Assembly (NCBI GenBank): GCA_963805975.1
Contig: CAWDVR010000003.1
Location: forward strand, 256,001-320,000
DNA: 64,000 nucleotides
Direction of reading: 5' to 3'
From: an uncultured Acidobacteriota bacterium
GTDB taxonomy: Bacteria; Acidobacteriota; Thermoanaerobaculia; Multivoradales; SZUA-115
The notes under the pieces are model-generated. The model did no database searches. It was not told where the DNA came from and was given only the letters and a program-made list of their open reading frames with translations. The position numbers and the translations under genes were made by a program. Of this stretch, positions 54,827 to 63,294 are shown piece after piece; position 1 is the stretch's first letter, and each line of letters starts with the position of its first letter.

Positions 54827-55219
54827 ATGACTTCCAGGACGATCGGCGATCAGGAACTTGCGTTGCTCCAGCACGTAGCTGAGAAGGGCGGGGCGACGGT
54901 GGGGGAGGCGGCGGAGGAGTGGGGGCGGGAGCGCGGGCTGGCCCGCTCGACGGTGCTGACCATGATGGAGCGGCTGCGGGCCAAGGGCCACCTGGAGCGC
55001 CGGCGCGCCGGGGGCGTCTACCGTTATTCCTCGCACTCCTCGAAGCAGGAGGTGCTGCGCGGGGCGGTCGAGAGCTTTGTGGACCGCACGCTCGGCGGCT
55101 CGATGTCGCCGTTCGTCGCCTATCTCGCCGAGTCCACGGAAGTCTCCGCCGAGGAGCTGGCCGAGCTTGAGGCCGTGGTCGCGCGGCTGCAAGCTAAGAG
55201 CAAGGAGAAAGGCCGATGA
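54827..55219 (+). CDS. BlaI/MecI/CopY-family repressor
   Basis: LARSTVLTMMERLRAKGHLER, FVDRTLGGSMSPFVAYL. Confidence 0.93.
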   Translation: MTSRTIGDQELALLQHVAEKGGATVGEAAEEWGRERGLARSTVLTMMERLRAKGHLERRRAGGVYRYSSHSSKQEVLRGAVESFVDRTLGGSMSPFVAYLAESTEVSAEELAELEAVVARLQAKSKEKGR

Positions 55220-57207
55220 GCGCCGACGTACTCTCCGCTACCGCCAACGTCGTGACCGCTTCGCTGCTCCGCGCCTCGCTCGAAGGCGGGCTCCTGGCGC
55301 TCCTGGTGCTCGCGGCCTGCCGGTTCGTACCCGCCCTCTCGCCCCGCGTCCGCTGCTGGTTGTGGTGGATGGTGGGTCTCAAGCTCCTGCTCTCGCTGGC
55401 CGGCGTCGGGCTGGTCCGCGTGCCGCTCTTTCCGCCCGCGGCTCCGGTGGCCCCGACGGCCTTCACTGCACTGCCCGGTACCGGCGTGCTCGAGCCGCCG
55501 GCGCGGCCTCTGCCGGCGGCGCCCGCCCCCGCGGTCTCGGTTCTCGTTCCCCTGACTCAGGCCGCATCCGATCTCACAGACTCTTCGAGCCGATTCACCT
55601 CGTGGCGCGCCCTCCTCGCCGGGCTCTGGCTCGCCGGCGCCCTGGCCGGGCTCGTGGCGCTCGGCCGCGAGGTCTGGGCGGTGCGCAGGCTGCGACGCTC
55701 CGCCGCGAGCGTGCCGGCTGACGACGCGGCCCGCGCCTACGGCGACCTGCCGGGCCGTTTCGGGCTCGCCGCCGCGCCGCCGCTCAAGATCTCGACGGCG
55801 GTTTCCGGCCCGCAGGTGGTGGGGCTCGCGAGGCCGCAGATCCTGCTGCCGCCGGAAGGATTGGCGGACCTCGGCCGGCCCGAGCTCGGCATGCTCCTGG
55901 CGCACGAGCTGGCGCACGTCCGGCGCGGCGACCTGTGGCTGGGCTGGGTGCCGGCGCTCACGCAGAAGCTCTTCTTTTTTCACCCTCTCGCCGCGCTCGC
56001 GGTGCGCGAGTACAGCCTCGCCCGCGAAGCGGCCTGTGATTCGGAAGTGCTACGGCTCCTGGGGTCGGCGCCCCAGGAGTACGGGCGGATGCTCCTACGC
56101 TGGGGAGTGGCCCTGCGCGAGACCGGTCTCGCCGCCGCGGGCGCCTCTTCTTCGGCCAGAAACCTCAAACGGAGGCTAGAGATGTTGCACGATGCTTCTC
56201 AACTGGTGCGGCAGGGGCCGCGCCGTAGCTCGATCCTCGCCGGCCTGGCGCTCGCCGCCCTGCTACCGATCCAGATCATCGCCAAGTCGCCGGCCACGCC
56301 GGCAGCTCCCGCCACCCCGGCCGTTGCCGTGAGCTCCTCGGTCGCGGCCACTCCCGTCGTCGCCATGGCGCCGACGACCCCAGCCACGACGGTCGCGGCC
56401 AGGCCGGCCGTGGCGAGCATGGTCCCAGTCGTGGCGCGACCATGGCGGCGACGGCCAGCGCTTCGAAGACCTCCTCGTCCGGCGCCAGCTTACAGCTACA
56501 GCGACGACGAGGAAGACGACCTCCAGGCCTGGGCTTACGTCGAGGGCGACGGCAGCTCGATGACCTTCAACGGCTCGGGCTCGACGGCGGATTGGAAGCG
56601 GATCCGCGGCCTCACCGCCAAGAGTGGTGAACCTCTGCTGTGGTTCCGGCGCGACGGCAAGTCCTTCGTGGTGCGCGACGCGGCCCTCCTCGCCGAGGCC
56701 AAGAAGCTCATCGAGCCGATGACCGAGCTGGGCCGGCAGCAGGGTGAGCTCGGCGCGCAGCAAGGCGAGCTCGGCGGCCAGCAGGGCGAGCTGGGCGCGC
56801 GGCAAGGCGAGCTCGGTGGCCAGCAGGGGCAGCTCGGCGCGCAGCAGGGAAGGCTCGGTGCGGAGCAGGGCAAGCTCGCCGCCCGGCAGGCCGCGCTCGC
56901 CATCGCGCACGATGACGACGAGGACAGCTCCGCGGCGCTCGCTCGCCAGCGAGCCCAGCTCGACGCGGAGATGGAAAAGCTCAGCCGGCAGATGGACGAG
57001 CTCGGCCGCCAGCAGGAAGCCCTCGGCGACAAACAGGAGGAGCTGGGCCGCCAGCAGGAGGCCCTGGGCCGGGAGCAGGAGAAGCTCGGCGAGAAGCAGG
57101 AAGCTCTGGGCCAAAAGCAAGAGGAAGCCTCCGGCCAGGCCGGCAAAGCCATCGCCCTGCTCTTCGACCGCGCCCTCGCTGGCGGCAAGGCGGAAGAGGT
57201 GCGGTAG
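55216..57207 (+). CDS. M56 (BlaR1-like) metallopeptidase with coiled-coil repeat sensor domain
   Basis: TMs, LAHELAH, FFHPL, REAACD, LKRRL; C-terminal heptad repeats. Confidence 0.92.
   Translation: MSADVLSATANVVTASLLRASLEGGLLALLVLAACRFVPALSPRVRCWLWWMVGLKLLLSLAGVGLVRVPLFPPAAPVAPTAFTALPGTGVLEPPARPLPAAPAPAVSVLVPLTQAASDLTDSSSRFTSWRALLAGLWLAGALAGLVALGREVWAVRRLRRSAASVPADDAARAYGDLPGRFGLAAAPPLKISTAVSGPQVVGLARPQILLPPEGLADLGRPELGMLLAHELAHVRRGDLWLGWVPALTQKLFFFHPLAALAVREYSLAREAACDSEVLRLLGSAPQEYGRMLLRWGVALRETGLAAAGASSSARNLKRRLEMLHDASQLVRQGPRRSSILAGLALAALLPIQIIAKSPATPAAPATPAVAVSSSVAATPVVAMAPTTPATTVAARPAVASMVPVVARPWRRRPALRRPPRPAPAYSYSDDEEDDLQAWAYVEGDGSSMTFNGSGSTADWKRIRGLTAKSGEPLLWFRRDGKSFVVRDAALLAEAKKLIEPMTELGRQQGELGAQQGELGGQQGELGARQGELGGQQGQLGAQQGRLGAEQGKLAARQAALAIAHDDDEDSSAALARQRAQLDAEMEKLSRQMDELGRQQEALGDKQEELGRQQEALGREQEKLGEKQEALGQKQEEASGQAGKAIALLFDRALAGGKAEEVR
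56737..57129 (+). repeat. Two blocks of 21-nt coding tandem repeats (QQGELGA and QQEALGR heptads)
   Basis: About seven units at 56737-56883 and six to seven at 56989-57129. Confidence 0.85.
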
Positions 57208-57263
57208 GGGCTCGATCCGCTCGAGACCCCAATCGATCGTGTTGGAGATGCTAGGCTCCCGAC

Positions 57264-57512
57264 GTGCCCACCCGCCAGGAGCTGATCGCCTTCGCAAACC
57301 GGGACTGGTCGAGCCTCGCGGCCTCGAAGGAAGCCTTCTGGCTGGATCGCAAGCAAAGGCTCGGCCCGGCCGAGGCCTTACGAGCCGCCAGTGAGCTGGG
57401 CCGTTGGGTCAGGCATCAGCGGCCGGACTGGCCAACAGCTTCCGAGCGCGAGGCTGATCTCGCGACCCACGCTCGTGTCGCGGAGCTGCTGCGGCGTGCC
57501 GGACGCTCCTGA
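57264..57512 (+). CDS. Small hypothetical protein, partner of the nucleotidyltransferase
   Basis: 82-aa helical ORF overlapping the NTase start; TA-like arrangement. Confidence 0.6.
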   Translation: MPTRQELIAFANRDWSSLAASKEAFWLDRKQRLGPAEALRAASELGRWVRHQRPDWPTASEREADLATHARVAELLRRAGRS

Positions 57513-58092
57513 TTTCCTCAGTGTCCTTTCCTCTCTGAACGACGCCTTCTCGCGCGCTGGCGCGAAGTGGTATCTCTTTGGCGCCCAGGCGGTCGTCGTC
57601 TACGGTAGGCCCCGAGCCACTGCCGACATCGATGTGACCATCTACCTTGCCGATGGAGAGATCGAGCCGCTGTTGGAGGAGCTTCGTAGAGGCGGCTTCT
57701 CACCCCGAGCGAGTGATCTGGCTGAATTTACGGCTCGGACGCGGGTAGTCCCCCTAGCCCATGTACAGACTGGGACCCCGGTGGACATCGTCCTCGCTGG
57801 CGCGGGCGTCGAGCTGGAGTTCTTGGCGAACGTTCGGCTGATCCGATTCGGTGGGCTCGAACTGCCGGTGATCAGCCCCGAGGATCTGCTGGTCACCAAG
57901 ATCCTGGCCGGTCGCCCCAAGGATCTCGAAGACGCCCGTGGCGTGCTCGCAGAGCAGTCTGGGCGTCTCGACCTCGCCCGGACCCGTAACTGGCTTCAGC
58001 TCTTCGAGCAGGCTCTCGACCGCAGCGACCTGGTCGCCGAGCTCGATCGGCTCCAGCTCAGCAGATCTCCCCCTCCGCGGCCGTCACCTTGA
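57496..58092 (+). CDS. Nucleotidyltransferase (AbiEii/DUF6036-like)
   Basis: LFGAQAVVVYGRPRATADID, SPEDLLVTKILAGRPKDLEDA. Confidence 0.82.
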   Translation: MPDAPDFLSVLSSLNDAFSRAGAKWYLFGAQAVVVYGRPRATADIDVTIYLADGEIEPLLEELRRGGFSPRASDLAEFTARTRVVPLAHVQTGTPVDIVLAGAGVELEFLANVRLIRFGGLELPVISPEDLLVTKILAGRPKDLEDARGVLAEQSGRLDLARTRNWLQLFEQALDRSDLVAELDRLQLSRSPPPRPSP

Positions 58093-58387
58093 TCTCCGCC
58101 GCCGGGGTCACCCCGGCGACGATGGCCGCGAAGGGGGCCGGCTGCTCTTCGAGCACCAGCTCCTTGAACCGCGCCCAGGGGAAGCGGCTCCCGGGGTCCG
58201 TGCGGCGGTCGGGGTCGAGCTTGGCGTGCGACACCACGTCCTTCAAGTTGGGGTACTTGGCCCAGCAATAGCGCACGATCTGCGCGGTGATCTCCACCTG
58301 CCAGTCCGAGAAGCCGTCACTCACCGCCTGGGAGTTGACCACCTCGATGCCGAGCGACCAGTGGTTCACCTTGGGTGGCGGGTTTCT
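58058..58387 (-). pseudogene. C-terminal fragment of an N-acetylmuramoyl-L-alanine amidase (Amidase_2)
   Basis: NHWSLGIEVVN, VVSHAKLDPDRRTDPGSRFPW; in-frame TAG just upstream, N-terminal His motif missing. Confidence 0.75.
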
Positions 58388-58490
58388 CTAGAGAGCGCGT
58401 AACCCCTCGTCGAAGGCGTCCGTTCCGCTCCCTGGTGGGAGGCCGGCGCGGGCGCCTCGAGCAACCTACCCCGACGAGGAGAGACCTGCC

Positions 58491-59873
58491 ATGCGTAGCA
58501 CGATCCGATCTCTGTTCTTTGCCTTGGCCTTCGTGGCTTTCGCCGGCACCGTGCCGGCAAGTGCCGTCAGTTGCGTGGACCCGTTCGGCATCGACGGCGT
58601 GCTCGTCGAGCTGATGAACTCGCCGGTCCCCGGCCCCGGCCTCTCGGCCGCGCAGGCGGAGCTCATGCGCCGCGAGCACGCGCACATCTCGTCCGAGCTG
58701 GCGGACCTGCTGGCCATCGATGCGGTGGCCGGCGACGCCTTCGCCCCGAACCCGCAGGTGCGGGTCTTCCTGGAGACGCCGAACCCCATCGACGGCCGCA
58801 TGAGCTTCGCGCTCTTCACCGTCACCGGCATCTTCCAGGACAACGACCCCGTGATCCGCGTCTACAGGCGCGCCAACGGCGCCGGCGCCGGGAGCGACGG
58901 GCTGCGCAACAGCGGTGAGTACAAGCTGTTCGCTGTCGGTACGAGCACCAGTACCCCCAGCACCAACCCGGCCACCGGCGCCCTCAGCGGCGTCTCCGCC
59001 CGGGTGATGATCACGCCGATCAGCAGCAGCACGGTCACCGGCGGCACCTTCTCGCCGGGGACGCTCTACTGCGAGCCCAACGACGACCCCGCGACCCCGG
59101 GCACGGTGGACATCCGTTTCCAGGAGCGGACGACGCTCACCACCGGCGCGAACGTGGCCCTCCTGGTGCCCCACGGGGGCACCATCGAGGTGCAGACCAG
59201 CGCGCAGATCGCCCCGCTCCGCAACCGGCTCACGGCACTCGGCGTGAACTCGAGCTTCTGGGAGCTCGACGGCGCCTGGGCGGCGGGCTCGGACCAGACC
59301 TTCGTCCGGCTGCACATCACGGCCCCCGCGCTCGGCCCGGTCTCGTTCCCCGGCTTGCGCCAGATGCTGGACAAGGCCGACTTCGCGACCGGCATCCCGT
59401 TCCGCTACGCGGTCGCCCTGCACGGCTTCACCAGCACGCAGAAGGCGATCGTCGTCGGCGGCCGGGCGGACCGCGAGGCCAAGTGCCTGGTGGTCCAGCG
59501 CATCCAGGACGAGCTCCAGGCCGCGCGGGGCAACCGTACCGAGATCGGCTTCCGCATCGTCGACACAGGGGGCGACGTGACCGTGCCCAGCGGCTCCGGC
59601 CACGTGCCGGCCGCCGGTGGCCTGGGCGGGCAGGAGGGCAACAACATCGTCAACCGGCTGTCTCCCAACGCCGGCAGCGACCCGGGCTGGGGCGGCATCC
59701 AGCTCGAGCAGTCCGGCGCGGTGCGCACCGACGCCACCAACCCGCTCGGGCTCTCGCCGTCGTCGAACGGCTTCCTGCGCAACGTGGTGGCGCGCGGCGT
59801 GGCCAACGCGCTGGACGAGCTGGTGGACTTCGACGCCGGCGAAGGCCCCACCGGCGTCTGCGCAGACCTGTGA
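58491..59873 (+). CDS. Secreted protein with poly-gamma-glutamate hydrolase-like C-terminal domain
   Basis: Signal peptide; PHGGTIE, LHIT, ALHG, VVGG, LGG...NNIVN, GIQLEQS motifs in family order. Confidence 0.72.
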   Translation: MRSTIRSLFFALAFVAFAGTVPASAVSCVDPFGIDGVLVELMNSPVPGPGLSAAQAELMRREHAHISSELADLLAIDAVAGDAFAPNPQVRVFLETPNPIDGRMSFALFTVTGIFQDNDPVIRVYRRANGAGAGSDGLRNSGEYKLFAVGTSTSTPSTNPATGALSGVSARVMITPISSSTVTGGTFSPGTLYCEPNDDPATPGTVDIRFQERTTLTTGANVALLVPHGGTIEVQTSAQIAPLRNRLTALGVNSSFWELDGAWAAGSDQTFVRLHITAPALGPVSFPGLRQMLDKADFATGIPFRYAVALHGFTSTQKAIVVGGRADREAKCLVVQRIQDELQAARGNRTEIGFRIVDTGGDVTVPSGSGHVPAAGGLGGQEGNNIVNRLSPNAGSDPGWGGIQLEQSGAVRTDATNPLGLSPSSNGFLRNVVARGVANALDELVDFDAGEGPTGVCADL

Positions 59874-59893
59874 TCCCGCCTTTGTTCCTTCGC

Positions 59894-59924
59894 TGACCCG
59901 GAGCGGTGCCGCCGCTCCGGGTCA
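59894..59924. terminator. Hairpin between convergent genes
   Basis: TGACCCGGAGCGG-TGCCG-CCGCTCCGGGTCA perfect 13-bp stem. Confidence 0.65.
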
Positions 59925-62351
59925 TTCCCGTTTCAGGGCGTCTGCCGGGTTCATCCGCGCGGCCCGGCGGGCCGGGATGTAGCCGGCCAGCAAGGCGACC
60001 CCGCCCAGGAGAGCGGCGACCGCGGCGAAGGTCTGCGGGTCGCCGGGCGAGACCCCGAAGAGCTGCGAGCGCAGGACGCGGGTCGAGGCGAAAGCCGCGA
60101 CGAGGCCGACGGCGAGGCCCGGCAAGGCCAGGGCGAGGATCTGGCCCAGCACCAGCCGGACGATTCGCCCGGCCGGAGCGCCGAGCGCCATGCGCACCGA
60201 GATCTCCCGCGTGCGCTGCTCGACGAGGTAGGCGATCACCCCGTACACCCCGATCGCGGCGAGCAGGAACGCGAGCCCGGCGAAGAGGCCCAGGAGCAGG
60301 GCCTGGAAGCGGCGTGGCAGCAGCCGCTCGGCCACCAGCCGCTCGAGGGTCGAGACCGCGGCCACCGGGATCGAGCGGTCCAGGCGCGCCACTTCGCGGC
60401 GGATGGCGGGCAGCAGCGCCAACGGGTCGCCCTCGGTGGCCACCACGAAGGTCAGGGAGCGGCGCGGCGCCTGCGCGAACGGCAGGTAAGTCGAGGGCAT
60501 CACCGCCTGGTCCTGGCCGGAGCGCCGGGAGTCGGCCACCACGCCGATCACCGTGCGCCAGGGGTCCTGCGAGTTCAGACCACCGTACTTGAACCGGCGA
60601 CCGAGCGGGTCCTCGTCGCCCCAGTAGCGGCGCGCCATGGCCTGGTTGATGACCGCGACCGGCGGCGCATCCGAGGTGTCGGTGGCGCGGAAGGTCTCGC
60701 CGGCCACGAGCTTCATGCCGATGGCATGGAAGAAGCCGGCGGAGACCGAGTCCTGGGTCGCGATCTGGCGGTCGAGCGCCGGTTCGGGCGGCCGGTTCTC
60801 GGCGGTCACGTTGGTGCTGTTGGGCAGCGCATCGAGCAGCACGTCGGAGGACGCACCGACCGCGCGCACGCCGGGCAGGGCCTCGACCCGCGCCAGCAGC
60901 TCGTCGAAGAAGGCGATGCGGCGCGCCACCTCGCCGTAGGTCGCCGGCGGAAGCTGCACGCGCAGCGTGAGCCGCTTCTCGGTCTCGAGCCCGAGATCCA
61001 CCTCCGCCAGCCGCGAGAGGCTCTTGAGCAGCAAGCCCGCCCCTACCAGGAGCACGAGCGCGAGCGCGATCTCGGCCGCCACCAGCACGCCGCGCAGGCG
61101 CCGCCCACGCGGCCCGCCCGAGGAGCCGCGCGCGCCCTCCTTCAAGGCCAGCGCGACGCGGGCGCGGGAGAGCTGGAGGGCGGGGGCCAGGCCGAAGAGG
61201 AAGCCGGTGGCCACCGCGACCAGGAGGGAGAAGGCGAGCACCGGCAGCGACAGCTCCGGCGGCGGGAGCTGCGGCAGCTCCCGCGCGGCGAGCCGGAAGA
61301 GGAGGGGCGCGGCCCAGCCCGCGAGCAGCACGCCGCAGGCCCCGCCGGCCACGGCCAGGAGCGTGCTCTCGACCAGCAGCTGGCGGAGGATCCTGCCTGC
61401 GCCGGCGCCCAGGGCAGCGCGCAGGGCGAACTCTCGCTCGCGCTCGGCGGCGCGCGCCAGGAGCAGGTTGGCGAGGTTGGCGCAGGCGATCAGCAGCACG
61501 GTCGCCACCGCCGCCAGCAGCACCCAGAGGATGGGGCGCACGTCCCCGACGAGATCCTCCTGCAGGCGCACGGCACGGATGCCGGTGCCCTCGTTGAACA
61601 GCGGGTACTCGGTGGCCAGGCGGGTCGCGACCGTGTCGAGCTCGGCCTGCACCATGGAGAGCGCCGAGCCGGGCTTCAGGCGGCCGATGACGTGGAGCCA
61701 GAAAGAGCCCCGGGCGTTTCGCGAGCTGTCGCCGGGAGCGAGCGGCACCCACAGCTCCACCTTGCGCGGCAGCTCGAAGCCGGGCGGCATGACGCCGACC
61801 ACGGTGTACCTCTCGCCGGTGAGCTCGATCGGGCGGCCCACCAGCGAGCGATCGCTGCCGAAGCGGCGCTGCCAGAGGCCGTGCGAGAGGATGACCGAGC
61901 GATGGTTGCCCTGCTGCTCCTCTTCGGGCAGGAAGCCGCGCCCGAGGGCCGGCGCCACGCCGACCACGTCGAAGAAGGCGGCGCTCACCTCCGCCGCCTC
62001 GACCTCGACCGGGTCGTCGTCACCCGAGGTTCCTGACACCAGGTTCAGGGCGCGGGTGTAGAAGGCGGCGAGCGAGTCGAAGCCGGTGCCGCCGGCCTTC
62101 CAGTCCAGGAAGTTGGGATACGAGGTGACGTCGCGCGGAAAGCCCTGGAGCGGGTTGTAGTTCCAGACCATGACGATCCGCTCGGGCTCCGGGAAGGGCA
62201 ACGGCCGGAGCAGCACCGCGTGCACCACCGAGAACATCGCCGTATTGGCCCCGATCCCCAGCGCCAGCACGGCGAGCGCGATCCCGGTGACCGCCGGGCG
62301 TCGAGCCAGCGCCCTGAGGCCGGTCTTCAAGTCCTGAGCGAGTGAGCCCAT
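59922..62351 (-). CDS. Duplicated MacB/FtsX-type ABC permease (ADOP family)
   Basis: LALGIGANTAMFSVV, LLIACANLANLLLARA, QRTREISVRMALGA, PARRAARMNP. Confidence 0.95.
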   Translation of the reverse strand: MGSLAQDLKTGLRALARRPAVTGIALAVLALGIGANTAMFSVVHAVLLRPLPFPEPERIVMVWNYNPLQGFPRDVTSYPNFLDWKAGGTGFDSLAAFYTRALNLVSGTSGDDDPVEVEAAEVSAAFFDVVGVAPALGRGFLPEEEQQGNHRSVILSHGLWQRRFGSDRSLVGRPIELTGERYTVVGVMPPGFELPRKVELWVPLAPGDSSRNARGSFWLHVIGRLKPGSALSMVQAELDTVATRLATEYPLFNEGTGIRAVRLQEDLVGDVRPILWVLLAAVATVLLIACANLANLLLARAAEREREFALRAALGAGAGRILRQLLVESTLLAVAGGACGVLLAGWAAPLLFRLAARELPQLPPPELSLPVLAFSLLVAVATGFLFGLAPALQLSRARVALALKEGARGSSGGPRGRRLRGVLVAAEIALALVLLVGAGLLLKSLSRLAEVDLGLETEKRLTLRVQLPPATYGEVARRIAFFDELLARVEALPGVRAVGASSDVLLDALPNSTNVTAENRPPEPALDRQIATQDSVSAGFFHAIGMKLVAGETFRATDTSDAPPVAVINQAMARRYWGDEDPLGRRFKYGGLNSQDPWRTVIGVVADSRRSGQDQAVMPSTYLPFAQAPRRSLTFVVATEGDPLALLPAIRREVARLDRSIPVAAVSTLERLVAERLLPRRFQALLLGLFAGLAFLLAAIGVYGVIAYLVEQRTREISVRMALGAPAGRIVRLVLGQILALALPGLAVGLVAAFASTRVLRSQLFGVSPGDPQTFAAVAALLGGVALLAGYIPARRAARMNPADALKRE

Positions 62352-62467
62352 GGCGCATTCCCCCCGTCCTTGGATGCCGGAGCCGGGATTCGGTTAGCGG
62401 GTGGTTCTCTACTCGCAGACTCTACAGACACGTGTCGCCGCCGTTCATGACACGGTAGCACCAGGTC

Positions 62468-62947
62468 CTACCCGTACCGGGCCGATCTCGCCTCGTGCAC
62501 CGTCTCCGCCCTGGCGATGAAGGGGTTCACTACCCGCACCGAACCATAGCGACGGCCGTGCTCGAAGTCCTCGGACAAGAGCTGGGGGATGCCGTAGAAC
62601 TCGGCGTAGGCCAGGAGGTGGGCGTCCCACCAGGAGAGCCCGTACGCCGCGGCGCCGCGCAGGGCCGCACGGATGACCTCCTCGGTGGGGTAGAGCACCA
62701 CGTGCTGGAGGAGCAGCTCCTCCGCTTCCCGGTGGGCGAGCACGACATCGAGCAGAGGCGGCAGGGCGCCGCTCTTCCCGCGCGGCCGGGTCACCGCGGC
62801 CACGAACTCGAGGATGGCCTGGTGCGGAAGATAGAGCGGCCCCTCGACGATCCCTTCGCGCAGCAGCTCGGTCGCGATCCGCTGCTTCTCCGGAAACTCC
62901 GGGTCGTAGCGGTAGACGAGGACGTTGGTGTCAACCAGCGCTACCAC
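62468..62947 (-). CDS. PIN-domain toxin
   Basis: LVDTNVLVY, QAILEF, SWWDA, LSEDF. Confidence 0.9.
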   Translation of the reverse strand: MVALVDTNVLVYRYDPEFPEKQRIATELLREGIVEGPLYLPHQAILEFVAAVTRPRGKSGALPPLLDVVLAHREAEELLLQHVVLYPTEEVIRAALRGAAAYGLSWWDAHLLAYAEFYGIPQLLSEDFEHGRRYGSVRVVNPFIARAETVHEARSARYG

Positions 62948-63233
62948 GGGTGTAGAGATCCTCTCTCGTCCAGCCGCGATCACCGAGCCCGCCGGCCGGG
63001 GGGCTGCTGCCTTCGCGCGTGCGCTGACGCTCGGTGGCCTCGTCGAAAAGCCGCAGCCGCTCCTCGACGTCCTCCAGCCGCAGGCGCGTGGCTCCGGCGG
63101 GCACCACGCGGATGAAGCTACCCGCGGGCTCCCATTCGATCTCGTCGCCGGGCCGGATGCCGTAGCGCTCGGCCAGCGCCTTGGGGATCGTGACCTGGAG
63201 CTTGCTGGTGACCTTGCTGGCGATCAAGGACAT
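62931..63233 (-). CDS. AbrB/MazE-family antitoxin
   Basis: KVTSKLQVTIPK..AERYGIRPGDEIEW; tail WTREDLY. Confidence 0.92.
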   Translation of the reverse strand: MSLIASKVTSKLQVTIPKALAERYGIRPGDEIEWEPAGSFIRVVPAGATRLRLEDVEERLRLFDEATERQRTREGSSPPAGGLGDRGWTREDLYTRGSAG

Positions 63234-63239
63234 GGCGCT

Positions 63240-63267
63240 ACTCTAGCAAGGAATAATTCCTTGTCAA
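63240..63267 (-). promoter_or_regulatory. Promoter with palindromic operator for the AbrB/PIN pair
   Basis: Minus strand TTGACA-N16-TAGAGT; CAAGGAA-TAA-TTCCTTG palindrome (63247-63263) in the spacer; ATG 7 nt after the -10. Confidence 0.7.
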
Positions 63268-63294
63268 GTCCTTGCGAGTCCCGTCCGGGGCTCG

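Noticed and set aside
56737-57129. CRISPR or non-coding repeat array
   Set aside because: 21-nt units are in frame, vary at synonymous positions and have no spacers
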